A stretch of 33,155 nt of DNA from Chiloscyllium plagiosum (lineage: Eukaryota). A program made the translations under genes and the position numbers. Shown piece after piece: positions 23,248 to 33,155 of the stretch. How positions within the stretch are numbered: the stretch's first letter is position 1; each line of letters begins with the position of its first letter. Where the stretch lies: contig NC_057718.1 of the NCBI RefSeq assembly GCF_004010195.1, forward strand, positions 26,790,185 to 26,823,339. Reading direction: 5' to 3'. The notes beneath the pieces are model-generated. The model did no database searches. It was not told the DNA's origin and worked only from the letters and a program-made list of their open reading frames with translations.

Positions 23248-24424
23248 CTAGATTAATTCCATCTGCCTGCCTTTGGCCCACATCACTCCAATCCATTCCC
23301 ATTCATGTACTTACCTAAATGTCTTTTAAACGTTGTTACTTGCATCCACCACTTCTTCTGGAAGTTCACTCCATACATGAATCACTCTCTGTGTAAAAAA
23401 AATTGCCTCTCATGTCTTTTTTAAAATCTTTCTCTTCTCACCTTAAAAATAAGTCCCCCCCAGTCTTGAAATCACCGACCCTAGGGAAAAGACACCTGCC
23501 ATTCACCTTACCTATACCCTTCATTGTTCTTTAAATCTCTATAAGGTCACCGCTCAACCTCCTACGTTACAGTGAAAAAAGTCCCAGCTTATCCAGCCTC
23601 TCTTTATTACACAAATCCTCCATTAGAGAGGGAGTTCCAGGCTTTGACCCAGCAACACTGAAGTAATGACATTATAGTTCCAGATGTGGGTAGTGGATGG
23701 CTTGGAGGGGAACTTGCAAGTGGTGATGTTCCCATGTATCTGTTGCCCTTGTCTTCTGAGGAGGTGGAGGTGGTTGTAGGTTAAGAAGGTATTGTCTAAG
23801 GAACCTTCGCGAAATTCTGTAATGCCTATTATATGTACCATATACTGCTCCCGTTCAGTGATGGAGGGATTGAATATCTGTGAATGTGGTGCCAATCAAA
23901 TAGGCTGCATTATCCTGGACAGTGCCAAACATCAAATGTTAGAGTTGCATTCATCCACCCAGTTAGGTGTATTCCATTACACATGTGACTTGCTCCTTGT
24001 AGATGGTTGACAGGCTTTGAGGAGTCAGGAGGTGACTTTTTTGCAGCAGGACTCCTAGCCTTCTGACCTGCTCTTATAGCCACAGTACTAATATAACTAG
24101 TTCAGTTCAGAGCCTGGTCAATAGTAATTCCAGGATGTTGATAGTGCAGGATTTAGTGATGATGTTACCATTGAATGTCATGAGGTGCTGGTTAGCACAT
24201 GTGTGGTGTAAATATTACTTGCCACTTGTCAGTCTGAGTCTAGTTATTGTGCAAATCTTGTTGCATTTGGGCACCTATTGCATTATTATCCAAGGAGTTG
24301 CAAATGGTGCTGAACACTGCAGTCATCAGCAAACATTCCCACTTGTGATCTTATAATGGAGGGTAGGACATTGGTGAAACAGCTAAAGATAGTTGGCAAA
24401 GAACAGTAATGACATCAAGGAACA

Positions 24425-25268
24425 TGGCAGTAATATGGAGTCTGATGGAGTTTAATTCAGACAAATGCAAGGTGATGATCAAAATCAGATGTGAATTGTA
24501 CAATAATTCAGAATCCTTAGGAACAGTGACATATAGAGGGATCTGGACATACTGATCCCCGAAAGTGGCAACATGGGTGGATAAGATGGTAAAGGAATAC
24601 AACACCCTTGCCTTCATTGGCCGGGGCACCAAATATAAAAGCTTGGTCATAGCTGTATAAAATTTTAGTTACACCACATTTGCAATACTGCATGCAGAAG
24701 TATGTGGATACTTTGGAGATATGCTGATCAGGTTTATCAGGATGTTGCCTGGTTTGGTGGACCTTAGTTATGAGGAGAGGTTGGATAAACTCAGATTGTT
24801 TTCACTTGAAAGATGGAGGCTGAGGGGCAAGCTAATAGAGGTCTACAAAATTATGTTCCAGTGAGAAAAGTCCCAGCCTCTCTTTATAACTCAAACTCTC
24901 CATCAGGGACACTGAAAGAATTGCATTATAGTTCATTGATCATGTGGATAGACAGAAGCTTTTCCCCAGGGTGGGAAGGTCAACCAAAAGTGGGTATAGG
25001 TTCACGATGAGAGGGAGAAAGTTTAGGGAAAATGTGTGGGAAAGCTCTTTCACAAGGGTGGTGGATGCCTGGAATGCAGTGCCAGTGGAGATAGTGCAAG
25101 TAGGCATATCAGCAATAAATAAGGCATACCTTGATAAGCACATGAATGGGAAATGAACAGAGGGATAGAAATCACGTATGGGCAATAAATAGCAGGTCTA
25201 AATAAGGGCTAGGAAGCAACACAGGTGGGCCGAAAGGCCTGCTCCTGTGCTGTACTGTACTGTATTGT
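24425..25268 (+). mobile_element. CR1 LINE 3' portion with a short inverted CR1 segment at about 24857-24905
   Basis: MEFNSDKCKV, SYEERLDKL.LFSLE, DRQKLFP...FTRVVDAWNAVP motifs and a (ctgta)n tail. Confidence 0.88.
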
Positions 25269-26883
25269 AAGACCCTAAGGTAGTCATGATCAAAAGGCTT
25301 GAAGGGTTGAATGGTCTAGTCCTGCTCTTACATTCCTAAAATTGTGACAAAGTAAAATAACAACAGTGCGGGTGCATCTACAGCAGATGGATGGTAACGC
25401 CTCACCTTTTTCTCACCACTCACTTCTCAAGTGTAATTTGGAATGGACAACAATGCTATGCTTACCCAAAGCTCACATTCCAGGAAATATAAAAGAAACC
25501 TATAGCCCTATACACTTATCTCATGTCCCCATATATCGACAATGCATTGTTTCAACAAAGTAGCTCCAATTCCTTAGGTATACATCAGTACCCAATACTT
25601 TAACACCGAGAGAAAAACTGAATTGTCAAAATGGACAATTTTTTAAAAAATTCTTCTTTCATTACAATTCATGTCAAAAGGCAAAAGAAAATCTGACACA
25701 CAAAATGGAGGAACACAACTGTCACTGTGACTGTCAGCCTCAGTCACTCTTTGAAAAGAAAGGGAAATTACCCATCTGCCTGCAAATCAAGCTGGGTCCA
25801 AAATGGAGACTGTAATGGTTGATGTCAAATGTGAAAAGGAATATTTATATAATTTTTTTTAAAAATGGACATTTAGGCCCAAAAGATTGGGGAAGAAAAT
25901 TTAAAAACACAGAAAGTGACACAACATTGAAGGCCAAGTCTGTCGACATACCTGTGTGAATTTTCTATTGCGAAAATAAAATTAGAAAAGGTCTTCAGCT
26001 AATGTAACTGATGTAAATAAAGAAGTGAATAATTTTAATAGCAAAGTATTTTTTGCAATTTTGCTAAATTGGAACAAAATGGTGCAAAAAGTGATCTGCT
26101 AGCTTATACATTCCTTGGATATCAGCAAAGCTAAATCAGAAGGCATGTACAGAATGTAGAGGTATAATCAGAAGCTGAAGAAAGGATAACAAAAGAATCA
26201 TGACAACATGATACATGTCAACAATTTATTTTGTTCTATATTCAGATCTTAACAGGTGTTGACCTTTAAAGTCCCATTAATCATACCATTGGGAAGGCCC
26301 AGACTTGTATGCAATTTAAAATATATATAACATCTTATCTAACACTCTTAAGTTGTAAAATTTAATTGTTTCCAGTTTCTCGTCATGATATTTATGTCAT
26401 TTTCTTCTGCTTTGCTTGAATATTTTAAAGTATACATTCATTTTAGCAAGTATTGATTCATGCAAGTCAAACAGGTTAGTGACTCTATTGCCTTTCTTGT
26501 TATTATATATACTTGACTGTGATAGAGAAGATAAAGACGATCACAAGGTATGATCCATTGAGTCTCCAACCTAGATCTGCCTACCATTTTATTCTATGCT
26601 ATTCAAAATTCTAATCAAGCTCAGGACTATTATATGCAATCTAATGAGGCTGAAGGATGTATCCTGCTGAACAGCAACTCTTAGGGGAACTTTCTGGTTG
26701 ATGTCAGCTGTTCCAGTTACTCCAGTGGCAGTCAATAGAGGCTCTTGATTTTGTTTTGATTTCTTAAAGTATCCATAGCAGCGTGCATTAAGGAGGTTGT
26801 GACCAAGAAGCAAATAGTCTCAAGAACCAGCATGAATTACACAATATTGGTCAAAACTGAAATTTTTTTGCAAACAAACATTT

Positions 26884-27208
26884 GGGGGTAGGTAGTGGCC
26901 TAGTGGTAGTATCATCAGACTATTAATCCAGAGACCCAGGTACACAGTGGAATTTGAATTCAACAATAATCTGGAAATAAGAGTCAAATCATGACCATGA
27001 AACCATTGCCAATTGTCAGGGAAAAACCCACCTAGTTTACTAATGTCCTTGAGGGAAGAAAATCTGCCATCCTTACCTAGTCTGACCTACATGTGACTCC
27101 AGACTCACAGTAATGTGGTTGACTCTTAACTGCCCTCTGGACAATTAGAGACAGGCAATAAATGCTGGACCAACCAGTGATGCCCACATCCATGAATAGA
27201 AAAAAAAC
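26884..27208 (+). mobile_element. tRNA-derived SINE, same family as 14926-15288 but in opposite orientation
   Basis: Head gtggcctagtggtagtatc..gactattaatccagagaccc, the shared core, tail ggcaataaatgctgg...gatgcccacatccatgaat and a poly(A). Confidence 0.9.
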
Positions 27209-28769
27209 CTAAACAACCAAATAACAAATTAATTTCATAAACATAACCTTCTACAACAAAAATAACTAGCTTTCAAAACTAGGCTTCTAAAGAAAATCAA
27301 AAATGCAATTAGCATAAAACAAGGGAGAACAGAACATTGTTCCTTGATGAGAAATATATGAACTGGCCCTCAAAGACATGTTGAAATCTTTCATACAGTA
27401 CAAAAGTACTATGGATCATTAATACATACCAACATTAATAACTTTACTAACGATGACATCACATTATATCCCAGAATTATTAGGCAACTTGGCCTATCAT
27501 TAAAGGAGTGTAGAAGACAGTGATAACAAACAATGGTATGCAAATTATACCAAAGACTGAAAACAACATAAGATGGAATTGTAGAGTTATTCTTTGCTAA
27601 AGGCTGAGATATTGAGCATGGATAGCTATTAAAAATTTTAATATTAAGTTTAAACAAGTTTAAAGTGAAAAATGAGTAATTTAAAGTACAATGTCATGAT
27701 TGTAATGAAAGGCATGTAATTTATATATACTGGATTTCAAAACATGCCCATATGAATATAGGTTATTTTTGTGTACGATTTTCTTTAAAAAAAAACCCAA
27801 ATCAGATTCCAAGCAAAATCATGGCCTTACTTCCGCATTATTCATACAACAGATGGCTGTAGATACCCGTGGCACATTAACTGAAAATAGTTTATTCTAC
27901 AGTGATTTAATACTGAAGGTGGTTAAATACTGAAGACAATTACCTTAATTTTAGTTCAGAATAATCATGGATTGATTTTTAATCTGGAACAATCAGAAAG
28001 TGAGGTTTTTGAAAAGTTTAGAGGAGACCTGACTGGAGTTAAAAGCAAGTTGAGTTTCTCCTTCTTACCAGAGTTTAGGGCAGTTTGGGGAAAATACACA
28101 GTCACCTCAGTGGAAATGTTTCATTTGTTCAGATTCTAAGCCAGGACAGACTGGTTAGAAATCTGCAGATTATTATAAGCTGAGGAACTTCAAGATCTTG
28201 GATTTGTGAGAATTTATGTAAGACAACTTCACAGTTCATAGGAAAGCAAGTGAGGAGAATCAGTTAAGTAGAACTTAAAATATTTGTTTTTGGGTGATTA
28301 TTCCTCTGGACATGAACTTCTGTAAATTGATGGCGTTGGAAATAAGTTGAAAAACATTGTTTTGTGTGTGTTTTAAGATTATTCTAAACTATCTTCGATA
28401 CATAGATAGCTTTGTTGCTTTTTTTTAAAATTTTCATGATATGTGTACTAACGTTCTGCTGTTAAAAAAATTCTGAAACCTCATGTTATTCTGTTTCAGA
28501 GGCTGGCTTTCCTGTTACCTAAAGTTAAAACAAAAAATCCAGATTTCATACAGGGATCCAACTTTCCCAGCAGTACCATCATTTGAGATCATAGAATGAT
28601 TTACATTTTATATTTCAACTCAAGGAAACAGGTATTAGCTGTTCCCTGTCAGTAAGCAGCCTCTCCATAGGCAAGTTCTCAGCTGTGCCTCCTTATGGTG
28701 ACACATGGCAATTGGGTCCCACATGACCCTAAACTAAAGCTTCAGAGGAACTTTGAGGTTGCTTGGAAA

Positions 28770-29165
28770 TAGTGTATCTTTATCTACCCTGTCTTTTTCT
28801 GCTAACATCTGGAACACTTCAGCCATATTAACTCTAGAGAAACAGACTTAATTTGTGTAATTTCTCATCATAATTTGACCCATGAAGTCCAGGAATCATT
28901 CTTGTAAACGTATGTTGTACTTTCTCCTTCCTAAGGTTTGGTGCCTATCAACTGCTCACAGTTCTCCAAGTCGGGTCTAACCAGGATTTTGCATAGCTGC
29001 AGCAGAACTTCTGCATCATTATACTCCAGTCCTCCAGATATAAAGGCAAGCACTCCATTAACCTTTTTGATTATTTTGTGCACTTCTCTGTGGCATTTTA
29101 AGCCTCTATGCACTTGAACCTGAAGTTTATTTGGATATCCATTATATTTAACTTCATACCATCTA
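28770..29165 (-). mobile_element. Old CR1 ORF2 fragments
   Basis: Minus-strand KKVNGVLAFISGGLEY...VLLQLCKILVRPDLENCEQ is the CR1 ORF2 'AFI.R..EY...L.LY..LVRP.LEYC' motif. Confidence 0.8.
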
Positions 29166-30355
29166 GAAAGTACCCTTTAATGACAAAATGCTTTTGGTAA
29201 CTTCAATACCTAAGCCAAATTTAACGCTTCGCATTCCAATGGAGTCAGTTGGAGAGGTCAAGGGGGAGGGACACTGACGTATGGGCAGCCAGGCTTGTCC
29301 ACAGAGAGAATACTCTAATTTCACTGCAGAAGCATGAATAGAAGATGGAAGATAACAGCTAAGTGTGATAAGCTCAACTCCATTATTGCACAGAACTAGA
29401 GCAATGGTTGTCTCTAACAATGAGGTGGACCATTCTGTCCCACTGGTCAACTACCACCCAGCTAAAGTCAGGCACCCCCTGACTGGTAACATGCAAATCC
29501 ACCATAATCCATTAACTTTTTCAAAGAATGCTTGAATCTCAGCGTCTTTGGTCTACAATTTTACAGGTTTCAGCACAGCAGGCAAACAAAAGAAAGAAGA
29601 TGAAAATTCTCTTATTGGCAAGTTGGAACCTTAAGACCATGTACATGGAATTGACAAATAGCTTCTAGCAGGTTGATAATGCACGCAAGTCAGCCATGAT
29701 TAACATGGAGACTGATAGGCAGATCATTGGTATCGCTTCCGTACAAGGCGCCAGGCTTAACAAGAACAAATCACTTAAAGAAAAACATTACTTTTTCATC
29801 AGGCAGTGGAAACAAATAAGAAAGGTGGGTTTCACTGTAAGGAATACAATACTCATGACAGAGCTTTCCCATCCTCTTATAGATGGTTCACAATGTGATG
29901 TCTGTCCATTCACCTTTCAAGTCAAATAGGGCTAGTTTGTCTCATAAATATCTACACTTCAACACTGTGCTGCATGACAAAGGCAAAAGAGCAGTTCTAC
30001 AAGAAGCATGACTCTGCTATGAGCAGAACCCCAAAGTCAGAACATTTTAGTGTATTCGAGATTTCAATGCAAGAGTGAATACAGACCATGAGTTATAACC
30101 CTTCTACCTTAGATATCCTTGCTTGATAAGGATTAATGGCAGGAGACACTGCTTGAGATTTGCTGCTCTCAATAGCTTTGTGTAACAACCCTTTTTTTCA
30201 GAACAAACCATGCCACAAAGTATCCTGAAGTTATTCAAGATAAGAGTAGCACCAAGTGAATCTGATCATCACAAGATGGGAGTCTGGAGTGCATTCTCAA
30301 CACATGCAACTACAAAGTACTGTTCATGATACAGATAACTCCTTGATGGCAACCT

Positions 30356-30890
30356 TAAGGACATAAGGGATAGGAGCAGATATACATTAGTTAGCTCCTC
30401 GAGCCTCCTCTGTCAGTTAGTAAGATCCTAGTGATCTGATGTGGCTTTAATTCTTCTTGCGTGCCTGACCTTATCACCCTCGATTCTCCTGTTCATCAAA
30501 AATCTGTCAAATTTGGTTTTGAACAGATTCATTTGTTGGGACAGAATTGCAAATACTAAGAGAAAATTCCTCCTCATTAATGTCTTAAAAGTTGTTTTGA
30601 AATGTGCTTCCTTGTTCTAGATTGTTCCAGGATGGAAAAATCTCAGCATTCACCTATCAAACACCCTTTGATTCATTTACTTTCTTTATCACAAGAATCA
30701 GAGTGGCAAACCTTCTCAGAGATGCATCCAAAGCAAATATATTCTTCCTTAAGTAAGGTGATCAAAACTGTATACAGTACTCTAGGTGCAGTCTCAACAA
30801 TGTCCTCTATAGTTGTAGCAAGACTACTTTATACTCCAACCCCCTTTGCGATAAAGATCAACATTCTTATATACTTGCTGTACCTGCATG
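30356..30890 (-). mobile_element. CR1-type 3' end inserted into the RTE element
   Basis: A cataag-type tail at the left and homology to 14487-14800. Possible degenerate TSD tggcaa(t)cctt at about 30347 and 30897. Confidence 0.75.
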
Positions 30891-31344
30891 TTTAGGTGGC
30901 AATCCTTGAAATTTCTTCATTGAAACCAGTCATTCTGTATTCATATCAATATCAATCATACTGTCTACTAGATAAAAAAATAGTTCTTTGACTCAACTGA
31001 GCATTCTCTGACATTCTCAAATAGACTACAGAGCAAAATGGATTATACTTCAATCCACCATCTACAATATTGGACTATGAAAATATGGGAAACAAGAGAA
31101 AAATTGCATCTGATTAGAAGCTAATAGCACTCTGACAGTAACCATACTGAAGCCAAACAGTCTGCTCTCATTAATTACAAGAGCGATTGAAATGAGAAGA
31201 CACTGTATAAATCAAGAAGTACTCCAAATGAAGTTCAAAAGGTACACCAGGTGGGATGCTAGTGACAACTGGTTACAAGCTTGCCAGAATATCAGACATC
31301 CTTGGACATCCTAGGACATGCTACGAATATGCATGAAATGATCA

Positions 31345-31450
31345 AACAAGTTCCAGAAGAGGATCACTGGACTTGAAACATTAGCTCTGTTATCTCTCCA
31401 CATTTGCTGCCAGACCTGCTCAGTTTCTCTAGCACTTTGTTTTGTTTCAC
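31345..31450 (+). mobile_element. Penelope-derived fragment with decayed hammerhead-like motif
   Basis: ccagaagaggatcactggacttgaaacattag resembles CTGAAGA-stem-GAAAC. It is followed by gctgccagacctgctcagtttctctagc, shared with the 4110 and 18151 fragments. Confidence 0.6.
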
Positions 31451-31649
31451 ATAAATCATGGTGAACGGCATCAAAGATTTGAAGGATGAGCGGAACTATA
31501 TCTTCAGTTGTACTGTCAGGAGCGCACTGTTACCAATCAAGTTCTAGACACCATAGAAAGCCTGTCTCTCAGGCCAGATTTGGATACTGAGCCTACAGCT
31601 AATCCACTATGTTCAGAATGTAATAACAGAAGTCCAGAGAATGAATGTA

Positions 31650-31859
31650 CAGGTTGCTCTGCAATAACGCGTGTTTCATTAACGTGAATTCGCCATAACA
31701 TGATTGACGAATTCAGGACACTGTTTCTAAAGCGCAAACTTTTAAAACATGTGTTGGCTGTAACACCGCCAATACTTCAAGTGCTATTTCTAAAGAGCAA
31801 TTTTCTATGATGTGGGGTTGCACAAGAATGCAACCATCGCATTATAGAAGATTTACCTG
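31650..31859. mobile_element. 210-bp MITE, Tc1/mariner-pogo (Tigger-like) type
   Basis: TA-CAGGTTGCTCTGCAATAACGCG at the left versus the reverse complement TA-CAGGTAAATCTTCTATAATGCG at the right (18/24 including TA). TA TSD at 31648-31649 and 31860-31861. Confidence 0.85.
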
Positions 31860-32751
31860 TACTTGAAACTCAATTCAAGGTCATCACAGCATTAACTAAA
31901 GCTTAAATAAAACAAAAATGTGGGGTCAGCCTGTAAATCATGTTCATATACTGCCAAATAAATACTTCTCTGTCTTCACGTTATATCTTTGGGAAGTTTA
32001 AATTAAATCTATTAGTTCAGAAAGGAAATCTGGCAACAATCTGTTTTGTATTCAGAAGCTAATTAAGATAAATTTACACTAATAACTGCAATAGTTTATT
32101 TGAAACAGTACCATTACAACATGTGCTTCAACAGATGGACTTATTCGTGATCTGGTGTGAAGCTCAGATGTGTAAATGAAGACATGATTTCAAAGCACCT
32201 TCTCTTTAAGAACTATTAATAGTCCTAATTCTTGAAAGAGTAGATTTGTTTGATAATGATCATTGATTTCAGTTAACACTTTCAAAGTGTAATTACCTAA
32301 ACTACACTTCATGCAATGCCACATTTTTACTAATAGTGATCACTTCAGAATGTTCACTTACTTAAGTATGACCAATTGATACAAATCACTGAGCAACAAT
32401 CATAGTCATGTCAAAAATATATTTAATCATTTACTTTTACTCACAGGATCAAAACAAAGACTTGAACACGCAGTGTAATTATTTGTGATCAATTTTCTAT
32501 TATTGACTGCTGTTTTACACACATTGACAGCATTAACATGAGAAAATGCAGTGATGAGGAAAAAAGTGATTTGAATCATTCACAAAGAAAATATGAGAAA
32601 TCTTATTAAACATGACTGCCAATTGAATTTTCGAGTGTGAATTCTCCTCAAGCTCATTGTATTTAACTAAACAGAAACTGCAGAATTAAAAAATAAGAGA
32701 GAAATAGAAAATGCAGTGAGAAACAAAACCTGCACATTTAAAAAAAAATAT

Positions 32752-32826
32752 AATGTGGGCATCACTGGCAAGGCCAGCATTTATTGTTCATCCACAATTG
32801 CCACCTTCTTGAATTGCTGCTGTTCA
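32752..32826 (-). mobile_element. LINE/SINE 3' tail fragment (same tail family as 20995 and 27150-27200)
   Basis: atgtgggcatcactggcaaggccagcatttattg is the reverse complement of the SINE tail at about 27155-27190. Confidence 0.7.
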
Positions 32827-32828
32827 GT

Positions 32829-33155
32829 TAGAACACAGAACATTACAGCGCAGTACAGGCCCTTCAGCCCTCGATGTTGCACCGACCTCTCATACCAATC
32901 TGAAGCCCATCTAACCTACACTATTCCATGTACGTCCATATGCTTGTCCAATGACGACTTAAATGTACTTAAAGTTGGTGAATCTACTACTGTTGCAGGC
33001 AAAGCATTCCATACCCTTACTACTCTCTGAGTAAAGAAACTACCTCTGACATCTGTCCTATATCTATCACCCCTCAATTTAAAGCTACCCCCCCCTTGTG
33101 CTCGCCATCACCTAGTTGGAAAAAGGATCTCCCTGTCCACCCTATCTAACCCTCT
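32829..33155 (-). mobile_element. Relatively young CR1 3' end, running off the window
   Basis: Tail tagaacacagaacat, caggcccttcagccc hairpin region and a C-terminal [13 protein letters not shown] motif on the minus strand. Several CpGs are retained. Confidence 0.88.

Larger units (their letters stand above)
21146..23621 (-). mobile_element. CR1 3' end split into 21146-21220 and 23252-23621 by the LTR element
   Basis: The two halves join into the same CR1 3' end seen at 10262-10870 (gaaacagacccttc...ccagtcc...; ctagggaaaagac...). Confidence 0.85.
20995..24420 (-). mobile_element. CR1/L2-superclade LINE 3' portion, split into 20995-21145 and 23622-24420 by nested insertions
   Basis: The left piece carries the tail shared with the SINE at 14926 (ttattcattcaca...ccagcatt). 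The right piece continues it and encodes a QV..VMEY-like motif on the minus strand. attaga occurs at both junctions (21140-21145 and 23622-23627). Confidence 0.75.
29200..31590 (+). mobile_element. Decayed RTE-clade LINE 5' region (5' UTR and APE endonuclease), interrupted by CR1 and Penelope-type fragments
   Basis: Endonuclease motifs across frames: ASWNLKTM, IASVQGARL..SLKEKHYFF, VGFTVRN, KEQFY, DFNARV and NLIITR. It resumes after 30895 and after 31450. Confidence 0.75.

Noticed and set aside
28069..28140. Candidate upstream CLIP4 coding exon with a phase-1 donor (TCTG|gtaaga)
   Set aside because: The frame (TEVTVYFPQTALNS) hits a stop shortly upstream and lacks the expected AP(M/L)P.D motif of CLIP3/4.
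29163..29450. 95-aa minus-strand ORF
   Set aside because: It is antisense to the presumed RTE 5' UTR and has no recognisable homology.
31857..31895. Possible minus-strand mini-exon ending ACAG|gtaaat
   Set aside because: The donor is simply the MITE terminal repeat, and there is no coding or other support.

Overview
This is AT-rich, repeat-dense eukaryotic (vertebrate) genomic DNA. The SINE and CR1 families look like those of cartilaginous fishes, so the source is probably a shark (inference). The only host gene I can support is CLIP4 (CAP-Gly domain linker protein 4), represented by four internal coding exons on the minus strand: 20668-20807, 19192-19285, 17459-17620 and 13792-13910. All have canonical AG/GT sites and matching phases, and they encode the ankyrin-repeat region. 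I did not find the adjacent coding exons, so they probably lie outside the window. The rest is intron filled with decayed transposons: CR1-type LINEs, two RTE LINEs, HE1-like and other tRNA-derived SINEs, a Deu-domain SINE and a gypsy integrase remnant carrying a solo LTR. The most notable items are (1) an internally deleted gypsy element with the Gmr1-like layout (pol ends at RNase H, then PPT and LTR; CTAG TSD) inside a three-level nest; (2) Penelope-type inverted-repeat elements carrying minimal hammerhead ribozyme cores; (3) a TA-flanked Tc1/pogo-type MITE; and (4) a Harbinger-type Myb/SANT remnant. No prokaryotic features (CRISPR, operons) are present. Most ORF-track entries are chance ORFs or TE fragments. 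Family names come from recalled motifs, not database searches, and TE boundaries are approximate unless a TSD is given.
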